A stretch of DNA of 64,000 nt. Origin: Spirochaetia bacterium (lineage in GTDB: Bacteria; Spirochaetota; Spirochaetia; SZUA-6; Bin103). The notes under the pieces were generated by a model that was not told the DNA's origin, searched no databases, and worked only from the letters and a program-made list of their open reading frames with translations. The stretch covers positions 448,001 to 512,000 of the forward strand of contig CBDAOI010000003.1 of the NCBI GenBank assembly GCA_965198005.1, in the 5' to 3' direction. Within the stretch, counting starts at the first letter, position 1; every line of letters begins with the position of its first letter. Both the position numbers and the translations under genes were made by a program. Below are positions 23,913 through 34,594 of the stretch, one piece after another.

Positions 23913-25000
23913 TTACTCGGTCGTCCGATCCGACTCTTCGAGCCGTCGGCGGAGTGCCTGGAAGGCTTCCTGGTCGATACCGGTAGCCTCCTTGATGACC
24001 GACCACTCGATTCCAGCCCGCAAGAAGCTCTCGATCGTGCCAAGTTGGCCTTCCTGGCGGCCTTCCTGGCGGCCTTCCTGGCGTGGCGGCCCTCGTGGCG
24101 GCCCTCGTGGCGGCCCTCGTGGCGTCCCTTCCGGAGCCCCTCCTGGAGCCCCTCCTGGAGCAACTCCTCTGCGTAGGTCTTCATGTCTCCTCCCGGTCCT
24201 GGTACGTGCCGCCCCAACGCCTCGCCGAACTCCCTCACGTTCTGCTTGTCCTGCGTCGTAATGACATACCTCACGATGGCTCTGAACAGTTCGATCCGAC
24301 CGCTCCTGGCCAACTCGCCCATGTACTGCGCCGCCATCAGCAGCGCCGCGCGCACCTGACTCACCCGCCGCCGCGCCGCCGCCATCAGCGCAAGCTGCGC
24401 CACCCGCCCCAGCGCTTCCCCGCGCACCTCGCCCACCGCCGCCTGCGACTGGTCCACCAGCAGGTGCTCGAAGCGTGGCGTCCACGGCCACTCCCGTACC
24501 GCCTCCGCAAACAACTCCCCGAACTCCCGCGCGTGCCGCCAGCGCCGCTTACCCTGGTAGAACACGACCGGCACGATCGGCGGCAACTCCCGCCGCTTCT
24601 TGTCGGCCCGCAGGGCATCCGCCCAGACACGGCAACAGTACTCCAACAACCGGAAGCTCATCCAGCGGTTCGGCGTCGATTGATGCTCGAACAGCACGTA
24701 CAGCAACAGCCGCTGCGGCTCGCTCCCCGCCTCGCCGGCCCCCGCCTCGCCGGCCCCCGCTTGCCCAGCGCCCGCTTGGCCGTCACCCGCTTGCCACTGC
24801 ACCTCGAACAGCAGGTCGGACTGGCTGGCCTCCAGCTCTTCGTCCACGTAACTGCGATCCTGCAGGGTCAACGTCGACCAGTCCAGCCTGGTGCTCAGCC
24901 ACGCCGGCAGATTCGGGCGCAGCAAGCCGGCCGCCTCGGGCGCATTGGAGAACACTTTGCGGAACAGGTTGTCGTGCGGCTGATACAACTCGCGCGCCAT
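23913..25000 (-). CDS. Rpn/YhgA-like PD-(D/E)XK nuclease; frameshift near 24085 within the EGRx repeats
   Basis: PHDNLFRKVF, SDLLF, LFEHQS, LPPIVPVVFYQG, MKTYAEEL..EGRHEG. The natural C-terminus (..GIEWSVIKEATGID..) is in another frame ending at 23913. Confidence 0.85.
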
Positions 25001-25139
25001 GCCGTGCGCCCGCCACCGTATTGGCGCCACGAATCGCTGTCAAACGCAATCGATGCTGCGATGCTGCGGGGTGCGAGTCGTTGTCGGTGCCGCGCTCTGC
25101 AAGCCACGTCAGCCCCTTCAGAATCGCTCAATATGAGAC

Positions 25140-25260
25140 CTACACCCAACGGATAAAGGATAGGACTGTCCTGGTTGCTCCCGTGTCAACCATGAATGTG
25201 ATCGGGCCGTATTTGCGGAGCCGCGGGAGCCTGACTCCAACGGTTAGATTCCCTCTCTCG
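25140..25260 (-). pseudogene. Retropepsin-like aspartyl protease fragment
   Basis: ITFMVDTGATRTVL motif. Confidence 0.55.
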
Positions 25261-25399
25261 GTGGTGGATTCAAAGGTAGGTCCGGCGCCTGCTGCGCCAG
25301 TCAGGACAGAGCGAATATCCACGGGAAAAGCATCATCGGTAGGCACACCGTGCAACATCGGCGGAATCGGCGCAACTGGGTCTGGAAGCAAGCAAGACG

Positions 25400-26580
25400 G
25401 CATCGTCGAATCGGCGCGCGGCGCTGGACGAGGCGGACGAGACCTTCACGGTGACGCTGTCGGGCGTGTCGTCGAACGCGGAGCTGGGGAGCGGCGCGAC
25501 GGCGAAGGGCACCATCCGCGACGACGACGACCCGCCGGCGGTGTCGTTCGGGGCGGCGTCGTATGCGGTGGACGAGGGCGGCTCGGTGGAGCGGCCGGAG
25601 TGCTGGACATACCACGCCGACGGAAGCTGCCGGCCGCCGGGTCCGTACGTGCTGGTGGCATTCCGCTCCGACGCGCGCCCGGGGTACGGCGAAGTGCTGT
25701 CGGACCCGCCGGCGCCGTACGTGGGCGGCTCGGGGACGGACCGGCTGAGGTTCGCCTACCCGGTAGGCGCCGCCGAGGACGGCGCGCGGGGCGTGTGGGC
25801 CTTTAGCGACGGCATGCTGCTGCGGGGCGCAACGATCCGCACGCTGGAGGGCGGTGAGGGCGCCTCGAGGTACACGCGCACGGGGGTGTTGCAGGTCACG
25901 GTGGAGCCGCGGTCCGGCGCGTGGACGGCGGGCGACAGGGTGCGGGTGAAGGTCAGGTTCGCGGGTTCGGTGCAGTATACGCCGCCCGCGGAGCCGCAGA
26001 ACCTGGACCAGGTGGAGGTGACCGGGGGCACGCCGACGATCGGTCTGCTGCTGGGGGACCCAGCGCGGGCTGGCGCGCACGGCGTCGTACGAGAGGGGTT
26101 CGGGGACGGACACGCTCACGTTCGAGTACGCGGTGACGGGCGGCGACGGGCGGGTGAGCGCGGTGGAGGTGGTGGCCGACAGCTGGCGCGCAACGGGGCG
26201 ACGATCCGCAACGAGCGGGGCTACGACGCGGAGCTGGGTCACCTGGGTACGCTGTGGTACTCGTCGCTGGCGGATCGGCCGGGTTCGACGACGGAGCCGG
26301 TGACTATGTCGGTGGCGGACGCGCGGGTGCGCGAGGCGCCGGGTGCGACGCCGGACTTCGCGGTGACGCTGAGCCGTGCGGCAGCGGGTGCGGTGACGGT
26401 GGCCTATCGCACGGTGGACGGCAGCGCGCGTGCGGGGTCGGACTACACGGCGCGGCAGGGCACGCTGAGCTTCGCTGCGGGCGAGACGGAGCAGACGGTG
26501 CGGGTAGCGGTGCTGGACGACGCCCATGACGAGGGCGAGGAGAAGATGGGGCTGGTGCTGTACCGGGCGTCGGGCGCGAT
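25400..26580 (+). pseudogene. Third, degenerate copy of the adhesin Calx-beta/Ig region; no barrel
   Basis: Near-identical to 13560-14565 with small indels; truncated at gcgatc near 26580. Confidence 0.85.
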
Positions 26581-26700
26581 CTATCTGGGACGAAGAGAGC
26601 AAGGTCTTCATATCCCAAAGCAACATCTTGGGTTTGCACTTGGAAGCTGAAACCCTGGAAGAGTTTCAAGCCGCTGTGTTGGAACTAGCTCCACCAGTAT
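26577..26700 (+). pseudogene. DUF1902/HicB-like antitoxin fragment
   Basis: IWDEESKVFISQSNILGLHLEAETLEEF; lower GC. Confidence 0.6.
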
Positions 26701-27148
26701 TTCACTTTCTCGCCCTCCTATCTATAGCCGGGTGTCATCGGTGGCGTTGGAGTCGGACGTGCGTGCCGAGCGGCTGGGCCTGTTCCGTAGTTCTGCCGCG
26801 GGTTGGTTACCGTGTGTTGCACCGCGATGCCGCGCTGCTGGAGGATCTCCTGCGGGGTCGCGGGTTCGTGCTGCCCGTTGACTTCGGCCATGGGTACGCT
26901 CGCTGATCCGATGGTAGCGAACTTCGCGCGTTCCGGCAAAGCACATGATCTCGTATCGCGTAACAAGAATCGCCACGACGAGGACGAACTGGAGTACGCC
27001 ATCGTGAATCGGTGTAGTGATGCAATTTGCAGCACCCTCCGCGCGCTTCAGTGCCGAAAGTGTATCGAGAAAACCGAACGATAGACTTGCAAAATGAACT
27101 GATTGTCTGCGAAACTATGTTGCTCGGAACTCGGAATAAGGATCAGGC

Positions 27149-27940
27149 ATGAGAAGAAGAACTGTTGTCAGGTGGTCAGGTGAAGACGTGACCGCCGAGA
27201 GCCCACGCGTACGCGTGTCAGGGTGTTGCTTGATAGTGGCGGCCGTGGCCGGGCTGTTGACGGTATCGTCTTGCCGCGGCTCCTCTTTCCTGGGAAACGG
27301 TGCGTCCGCGACCGTACAGGCGTCCGCGGACCTGACCGCCACACAGACCATCGCCGTGACGGTGCAAGAGCCGGAGGTGGAGAACCGAGCGCCGCAGGCG
27401 GTAGGAAGCATTGCGGCGCAGACGCTGACGGTGGGCGCGGACACGACAAGGGTGGACGTTGGCGGATACTTTCGGGACCCGGACCACGACCGACTGACGT
27501 ATGCGGCGGTATCCAGCCGCACGGATACCGTGGTGGCGAGCGCGACGGGCAGCACGGTGAGCCTGACGCCGGTGTCGGCTGGGACTGCGACGGTCACCGT
27601 CAGCGCCAGCGACGGCAGCCTGACCGCCACACAGACCATCGCCGTAACGGTGCGAGAGCCCGATCTGCCGCTGACAGGCGTGAGTGTCGAGTTGTATGGC
27701 TCGCTGGCTCGGAAGACGAGCGTACTCATTTCACCGGTACCGGCGGGCGCCCAGTTCCAGCAAGTAGGGATCAGCCACGTCCCGATGGATGCGGGAAGAG
27801 CGTGCTGCGGTTTTCTCGGGGCGTCGGCCCACTTCGAGTTCGTGTGCGCCGAAAGCTACGTCGGCGACGTCACGCTCACGGCCATTGTCGACGGGAGCAA
27901 TCGCACCTTCGAAGCGTCTGTAATCTCCACGTGTCAGTGA
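27149..27940 (+). CDS. Putative lipoprotein with cadherin/Ig-like domain and a Cys-containing C-terminal domain
   Basis: LLTVSSC lipobox-like; NRAP..YFRDPD.D.LTY..GTATVTVSASDG. Confidence 0.7.
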   Translation: MRRRTVVRWSGEDVTAESPRVRVSGCCLIVAAVAGLLTVSSCRGSSFLGNGASATVQASADLTATQTIAVTVQEPEVENRAPQAVGSIAAQTLTVGADTTRVDVGGYFRDPDHDRLTYAAVSSRTDTVVASATGSTVSLTPVSAGTATVTVSASDGSLTATQTIAVTVREPDLPLTGVSVELYGSLARKTSVLISPVPAGAQFQQVGISHVPMDAGRACCGFLGASAHFEFVCAESYVGDVTLTAIVDGSNRTFEASVISTCQ

Positions 27941-28052
27941 CCCCGGCCGTGCTGCGCTCGAAGCGCAACTCCAACGCTTCCCGGATACTGTCCAGGAGCC
28001 CGCGCTGCCTTCCTGACCGTGCCGACTCGTCGCGTAGAGGTTAAGATACGCC

Positions 28053-29664
28053 ATGGTCAGGGGCCGGCTGCCGATCGGGATACAGACCTTCCGCAAGCTC
28101 CGGGAGCGGAACTGCTACTACGTCGACAAGACGGCTTACATAGACCGGCTGCTCCACGAGGGCACGCACTACTTTCTGTCGCGGCCGCGGCGGTTCGGCA
28201 AGAGCCTGTTCCTGGACACGCTGAAGGAGCTGTTCGAGGGCAACGAGGATACTGTTCGCGGGGCTCTACATCCACCAGCGCCACAACTGGACGGAGCGCC
28301 ATCCGGTGGTGCGGCTGAGCTTCGGCGGTGGCAACTTCAAGGAGCCGGGGGAACTGCACGAGGACGTGATGCTCCAACTGGAGGATCTGGAGGAAGAGGC
28401 TGAGATCGCGGTCCGCCGAGTGAGCGCCCCGGCGCGCCTGCGCCGCTTGCTGCAGGCGCTGCATCGCAAGACCCGGCGGCGGGTGGCGGTGCTGGTGGAC
28501 GAGTACGACAAGCCGATCCTGGACGCGCTGGTGGAGAAGCCGGAGGTGGCGCGCGCCAACCGCGACTACCTGCTCGGATTGTACGGGGTGATCAAGGACT
28601 CAGACGCGCACGTGGAGTTCACGTTCCTGACCGGCATCACCAAGTTCTCGAAGGTGAACCTGTTCTCGCAATTGAACAACCTCACCGACCTGACGCTGGA
28701 TCCGGTCTATTCGGCGATCTGCGGCTACACGGAGCGGGATCTGGACACGGTGTTCGCGCCGGAGTTGGGCGGCCTGGACCGGGAGCAGGTGCGGGAGTGG
28801 TACAACGGCTACCGCTGGCGCGGGGAGGAGAAGGTGTACAACCCGTACGACGTGCTGCTGCTGTTCGACAGCCGCGAGTTCGCGGCGCACTGGTTCGAGA
28901 CCGGGACGCCGGCGTTCCTGGTGGAGACGCTGTTCGAGCGGCGGGTGTCCACGGTTTCGCTGGACGAGATGGTGAGCACCGCGGAGCTGCTGTCGACCTT
29001 CGACGTGGAGGCGATCGGCACGGAGGCGCTGCTGTTCCAGACCGGCTACCTGACCATCACGGGGGAAGAGGAGCTGGGCGGCATGGCGCTGTACCGGCTG
29101 GGCTATCCGAACCGGGAGGTGCGGCAGAGCCTGAACCGGGTGCTGTTGCGCCGGCTGGTGCAGGACCCGGCGCGGCAGACGGCGAACAGCATCCGCCTGG
29201 CGCGTCTGCTGGACGCGGTCGATTGCGAAGGCCTGCGAGGTCTGTTCCATGCCTTCTTCGCGAGCATCCCGTACGAATGGCACACGAACAACGACATCGC
29301 CGACTACGAAGGCTTTTGCGCGAGCGTGTTCTACTCGTACTTCGCGGCGCTGGGGTACGAGATCGTGGTGGAGGAGTCGAGCAGCCACGGGCGGCTGGAC
29401 CTGGCGGTGCGTGCCGGCGGGCAGGTATACCTGTTCGAGTTCAAGGTGGTGGAGCTGGCGCCGCCGGGGTCTGCGCTGGCGCAGTTGCAGGAGCGGGACT
29501 ACGCGGCCAAGTACCGGGGCGGGGGCGAGCCGGTCCGGATGGGAGGCAACCGCCCCCGCTCGGAGCCAGCCGGTCTCGGCGAGGGGCAACCGATCCACCT
29601 GATCGGGGTGGAGTTCAGCCGCGACACCCGCAACGTGACCGCGTTCGAGGTGACCGCCGGCTGA
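28053..29664 (+). pseudogene. AAA/PD-(D/E)XK copy 4: 1-nt insertion near 28250 and a 20-aa insert near the C-terminus
   Basis: gaggatactg vs gaggaactg; the 5' part is almost identical to window 1-770, including the gttaagatacgcc leader. Confidence 0.9.
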
Positions 29665-29769
29665 CGGCACCCGCGCGCCGCCGCGCTACCGCACCTTCGC
29701 CGTCAGATGACCCACGTGCTCAAGGTATGGCATGTCGACCCCCTTCCTGGAGACCTTCATCAACCAAGA

Positions 29770-29900
29770 AACGCGAAGGCGTCGCGCTCGCAAGGCGTCC
29801 TTGGCGATCCGGCGGCGCTGCTCCGGCGTGAGTGCCGCAGCGCGGGCGGCGCCTCCCGCCTTGCCGCCGGCCTGCTTGGCCGTGTCGACGTACTTGCCCG
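29770..29900 (-). CDS. Small basic IS-associated-type protein or fragment, related to 17136
   Basis: GGKAGGAARAAALTPEQRRRIAKDAL; boundaries uncertain. Confidence 0.5.
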
Positions 29901-30010
29901 AGCACGACTTCCGGCTGACCGGCACCGTGCGCTGGTAGCGCCGTCCTGGGGCCGCGCCCCCGACCGGTGAACCGGGAACGCGGCCGGGAGCGGACTTGGC
30001 GCCGCGCCGA

Positions 30011-31219
30011 TCAATCGCTCCCATCGTTTATGGTGACCGTTCTCGTAACGCTGGATACCGCGTAGGAATCATCGAAAGCGTATAGCGAGATCGTGAGGGA
30101 CCTCGACGGCACGTCGACGCCGTCCGCCTGCACAGTGAAGAACGCTTGATCGGTCGTTTCCCCGCTGGCGAACGAGAAGGCGTACCTATCAGAGCCAGCG
30201 GCATACGAGTCGGCGAAGATCACGCTCCCTTCGATCTTCTCGGTCGGCGCCGGGCTGGCGCTCAACGTGACAAAAATGGTATCACCTTCCGGTACCGCGC
30301 TTGCCGAAACGTTTGTGATGCTCACGGTCGGCCTGCCGCCCGGCGGAGGATCGTCCGGATCATCGTCCGGCGGTGTCACAGTCTCGTCGTTGTCGGTAAC
30401 GGTTACCCTGGCCGGGTTGGGGCGGGCGACCGTGTAGCCGATGCCGCGGTTCACCGTTGCGGTCACCGTGCTGTCGCGCTCGTCCGTAGTGTCGTCGACG
30501 GTGTCCACCGTCCACGTCTGCGAGGTCTCCCCGGGTCCGATGATCCAGAACATGGGCAGCTCCGCGGAGGACGACAGCGTGTCGCCGGTTTCCGTGACCG
30601 TCACGCTCACCTCCAGATTCTCCGCCGGCGCCGGATTGGCTGTGATGGTGAACGACACCGCGTCGCCCTCGGTCACGCGACCATCGACGGCCGCGATCGT
30701 CACGTGCGGCAACTCCGGCGTCGCCGGCGGCAGCGTCGGCCTCGGCGTCGGCCTCGGCCCCGGCGTCGGCGTGGACGTCCCGTCATTGTCTGCCACCGTC
30801 ACCTCGGCCGAGTTGGAGGAGCCGATCCTGTAGCCGGTGCCGGGGTTCACCGTTGCGGTCACCCTGACGTTGGACTCGTCCGCTTCATCGTTGTCGGTGT
30901 CGAGCCGCAGCGTCGCGGTGGTCTGCCCGGCGGCGATCGTGACGTTCTGCGGCAGCTCGGCCGCGGCCAGCGCGGCTCCGATCTCCGTGACCGTCACCCT
31001 CACCACCAGGTCGGTAATCGGCGCCGGCCTGGCGGTAACCGTGAACGATACGCTCTCGCCCTCGATCACCCGAGGCTGGTCGGCCGTGATCGTCACCTGA
31101 GGACGAGTCTGGTCCGAAACCGAGCATGCGGCCACCATCAGCATGGTGAGCAGCAGCGCTGTGCCGTATGCCCGCGAGCGGAACGCGCGGGGCTTCCTGC
31201 CGACGTACTGAAGCGTCAT
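30011..31219 (-). CDS. Calx-beta-like repeat lipoprotein
   Basis: MVAAC lipobox; three EG..V.F..DD.DE.D domains; Pro/Thr linkers; GGAAGGAG RBS. Confidence 0.85.
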   Translation of the reverse strand: MTLQYVGRKPRAFRSRAYGTALLLTMLMVAACSVSDQTRPQVTITADQPRVIEGESVSFTVTARPAPITDLVVRVTVTEIGAALAAAELPQNVTIAAGQTTATLRLDTDNDEADESNVRVTATVNPGTGYRIGSSNSAEVTVADNDGTSTPTPGPRPTPRPTLPPATPELPHVTIAAVDGRVTEGDAVSFTITANPAPAENLEVSVTVTETGDTLSSSAELPMFWIIGPGETSQTWTVDTVDDTTDERDSTVTATVNRGIGYTVARPNPARVTVTDNDETVTPPDDDPDDPPPGGRPTVSITNVSASAVPEGDTIFVTLSASPAPTEKIEGSVIFADSYAAGSDRYAFSFASGETTDQAFFTVQADGVDVPSRSLTISLYAFDDSYAVSSVTRTVTINDGSD

Positions 31220-31299
31220 GGTTCTTGCTCCTTCCCTATTTATTTACCGGAGGATTTACTGGAACAAAACCGTGAACGAAGTTCAGAGAAAAGCAGACA

Positions 31300-31368
31300 C
31301 ACCGGTGCTGCAAAATGCAGCACCGGTGATGCAAAATGCAGCAGCCAAGTGCTGCAAATTGCATCACC
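31300..31368. repeat. Three ~21-bp palindromic tandem repeats upstream of the Calx-beta gene
   Basis: caccggtgctgcaaaatgcag / caccggtgatgcaaaatgcag / cagccaagtgctgcaaattgcat. Confidence 0.8.
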
Positions 31369-31611
31369 TGATTCACGGGAATGTCGTTGTGAAGAACTGG
31401 CGTTCGTTCGATTGCAATAGACCATGTTCTTCCCCCCCAATGAGAATCGGTATCCGATCGTTTGTACCTTAGTAACATGCTGCTTTTCCACGCGGTATCA
31501 GGAGCTACAGGAGCTGTTCCCGGAGATCATCCTGAAGCCAATTGTGTCCAATTGACTGTTGTGATTTCCTCCCATGATGGCCTGTGAGGCGGCGGCGCAA
31601 TCTCGTGGCCG

Positions 31612-32545
31612 ATTGGATTCCCCGCTTGGTTGAGCGACAGATCGAGGCGGCCCTGCAGCGGGCGCCGGCGGTGCTGCTGGCTGGTCCTCGAAAGGTGGGG
31701 AAGTCGGCCCTGGCACGGCGCCTGGTGGCGCAGCGTGGCGCCGGTGGCGATCGCTGCCCGCACTATCTGTTGCTCGGATCGGCGGCCGGCGAGCTGTTGC
31801 CGCGGCGGGAGGCTCTCGGCGGCCGGGGCACGCAGGTGGAGATGACGCCGCTGCTGCAGGAAGAGGCCGCCCGCGCGCAGGTGCCGCTCGGTGAGCTGTG
31901 GCTGCGCGGAGGGTTTCCCGGCAGCGTTACCGCGCCCGCGGCCGGCGCCAGCCTGCGCCGGCGGCAGGAACTGATCCGTTCGTACCTCGACGGGGAAGTG
32001 CGGCTGTTCGCGCCACGGCTGCCGGCAGAGACCGTCGGTCGGTTGTGGACCATGCTGGCCCATCTTCAGGGCGCGCCACTGAACAAGCACCTGCTGGCGA
32101 TCAGTCTGGAAGTGTCGCCCGCCGCGGTGCAGCGCTACCTGGAGTTGCTGGTCGGGCTGCTGCTGGTGCGGCTGCTGCGAGCGCCGAGGACGTACGTGCG
32201 CGACAGCGGGCTGCTGCACGCGTTGCTGGACCTGGGCGACCATGAGCGGCTGCGCGGGCATCCGGTGGCGGGGCCGAGGTGGACTTGGTGTTCGAGCGCA
32301 CGGGAATGGTGGAGCTGGCGATTGCGATCCGGCGCTCGGCGACGGCGCCGCTGGCGCGCGGTTTCCACGCCGGCTGCGCGGTACTGCGCCCGCGCGAGAA
32401 GTACTTGGTGCACGGGGGCGAGGAACGCGGGCAGGCGGCCGCCGGGGTATCCGTAATCGGCGTGCCGGCGCTGTGCGAACGGCTCGCGCGGCTGGGCGCG
32501 GTTACCGGCCTGCGCGGACTTGCCGAGCGGCTCGCCCGCGGCTGA
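31612..32545 (+). pseudogene. AAA_14/DUF4143-type ATPase with internal deletions
   Basis: GPRKVGKS, LLLGS, LWLRGGFP, YVRDSGLLHALL; Walker B region absent; frameshift near 32275. Confidence 0.75.
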
Positions 32546-32623
32546 CAGTCACATCCTGTCGGCGTCCCCAACGAGTCGTAGAACGAAGGGGATATTTCGC
32601 AACGACACTCGCTTGGAGGATCC

Positions 32624-34177
32624 ATGAAACGACCCATCGCCCTCGGCCTGTGCGCGCTCGTTCCGATGCTGCTCCTGGCGGAAGGTCAGCCGGAGGAGAT
32701 GCACGCGGGGATGTACCCGAAAGCAGCGACCAGGCAGGACGGAGAGGTCTACTTCGTCGACGGCCAGCGGGAACTGCAGCGGCTGCTCGGCATGAAGCTC
32801 AACACCAACCGCGCCAGCAACGTGATCCTGTTCGTCGCGGACGGCAACGGCGTGGCCACGGTCACCGCGACCCGCATCCTCGACGGCCAGCTCCGCGGGG
32901 AGTCGGGTGAGGAGAACTCGCTGGTCTACGAGCGGTTTCCGTTCATGGGCTTGGTGAAGACCTACACCATCGACATGCAGGTCCCCGATTCAGCCGGGAC
33001 CTCGACCGCCATGCACACCGGCATCAAGACCGACTCCGGCGTGATCGGCGTCGGCCCCGGCGTCGAGCGCGGCGACCACGCCACCGTGGCCGGCAACGAG
33101 CTGACCTTGATCCTGGGGCTGGCCGAGATGGCCGGCATGTCCACCGGCGTCATCTCGACGGCGCGCATCACGCACGCGACCCCCGCGGCCGCCTACGCCG
33201 TCTCCGCCGAGCGCGGCTGGGAGGCCGACAAGGACATCCCCGAGGAGCAGCTCGCTCTCGGTGCCGTGGACATCGCCCGCCAGCTCATCGAGTACCCGTA
33301 CGGCGACGGGCTGGAAGTCGCCCTCGGCGGCGGCCGCCGCAGCTTCCTGCCCGGCTCCATGGGCGATCCGGAGGACGAGGGCCGCACCGGCGAGCGCCTG
33401 GACGAACGCAACCTGACGCGGGAGTGGGTGGATCGGTATCCCAACGCCGCCTTCGTCTGGAATGCCGAGCAGTTCGCGGCCATCGATCCGGCCCGCACCG
33501 ACCACCTGCTCGGACTGTTCGAGCGCTCGCACATGGAGTACGAGCACGACCGCCCGACGGACGCCGGCGGGGAGCCCTCGCTGGCCGAGATGACCGGGAA
33601 GGCGATCCGCATCCTTTCCAGGAACCCCAACGGCTTCTACCTGCTGGTGGAGGCGGGGCGCGTCGACCACGCCCACCACGACGTCAACGCCTACCGAACC
33701 CTGACCGACGGGCTGGCGTTCGCCGACGCCGTCGCCACCGCGGCCAGCATGACCAGCGAGCAGGACACCCTGCTCGTGGTCACCGCCGACCACGGCAACG
33801 TGCTGACCATCGCCGGCTACCCCGCGCGCGGCAACCCGATCCTGGGGCTGTCGCGCAACGCCGCCGGCGAGCTGAACCTGGCCCTGGATGGCAAGCCGTA
33901 CACGACGCTGGGGTATGCCAGCGGCGCCACCGGTCTCATCGACGCGCCGCGCGCAGACCTGACCGAGGTCGACACCACCGATCCGGACTTCGTGCAGCAG
34001 GCGCTGGTGCCGCTGTCCAGCGAGACCCACTCCGGCGAGGACGTCGCGGTCTACGCCCGCGGCCCGTGGGCGCACCTGTTCCGGAACACCATCGAGCAGA
34101 GCTTCATCTTCCAAGTGATGGACTACGCGGCCGACATCCGCGGTCGCGCCGCGGCGGCGACGGCAGATGAGCTTTAG
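32624..34177 (+). CDS. phoA: Secreted alkaline phosphatase
   Basis: VILFVADG, PDSAGTST, VEAGRVDHAHH, TADH, ETHSGEDV; signal peptide; GGAGG RBS. Confidence 0.92.
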   Translation: MKRPIALGLCALVPMLLLAEGQPEEMHAGMYPKAATRQDGEVYFVDGQRELQRLLGMKLNTNRASNVILFVADGNGVATVTATRILDGQLRGESGEENSLVYERFPFMGLVKTYTIDMQVPDSAGTSTAMHTGIKTDSGVIGVGPGVERGDHATVAGNELTLILGLAEMAGMSTGVISTARITHATPAAAYAVSAERGWEADKDIPEEQLALGAVDIARQLIEYPYGDGLEVALGGGRRSFLPGSMGDPEDEGRTGERLDERNLTREWVDRYPNAAFVWNAEQFAAIDPARTDHLLGLFERSHMEYEHDRPTDAGGEPSLAEMTGKAIRILSRNPNGFYLLVEAGRVDHAHHDVNAYRTLTDGLAFADAVATAASMTSEQDTLLVVTADHGNVLTIAGYPARGNPILGLSRNAAGELNLALDGKPYTTLGYASGATGLIDAPRADLTEVDTTDPDFVQQALVPLSSETHSGEDVAVYARGPWAHLFRNTIEQSFIFQVMDYAADIRGRAAAATADEL

Positions 34178-34178
34178 G

Positions 34179-34554
34179 CAACGACATCGCGAACTACGAG
34201 GGGTACTACGCGAGCGTGTTCTACTCGTACTTCGCGGCGCTGGGGTACGAGATCGTGGTGGAGGAGTCGAGCAGCCACGGGCGGTTGGACCTGGCGGTGC
34301 GCGCCGGCGGGCAGGTGTATCTGTTCGAGTTCAAGGTGGCGGAGCTGGCGCCGCCGGGGTCTGCGCTGGCGCAGTTGCAGGAGCGTGACTACGCGGCGAA
34401 GTACCGGGGCGGGGGCGAGCCGATCCCGATGGGAGGCAACCGACCCCGCGCGGAGGGAGCCGGTCTCGGCGAGGGGCAACCGATCCACCTGGTCGGAGTG
34501 GAGTTCAGCCGCGACACCCGCAACCTGACCGCGTTCGAGGTGGCGCCCGGCTGA
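34179..34554 (+). pseudogene. AAA/PD-(D/E)XK copy 5: nuclease-domain fragment abutting the phoA stop
   Basis: NDIANYEGYYASVF..FEVAPG; carries the same type of 20-aa insert as copy 4. Confidence 0.9.
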
Positions 34555-34594
34555 CGGCACCCGCGCGCCCCTTCCGGCTCGGGCTCCAAAGGCG

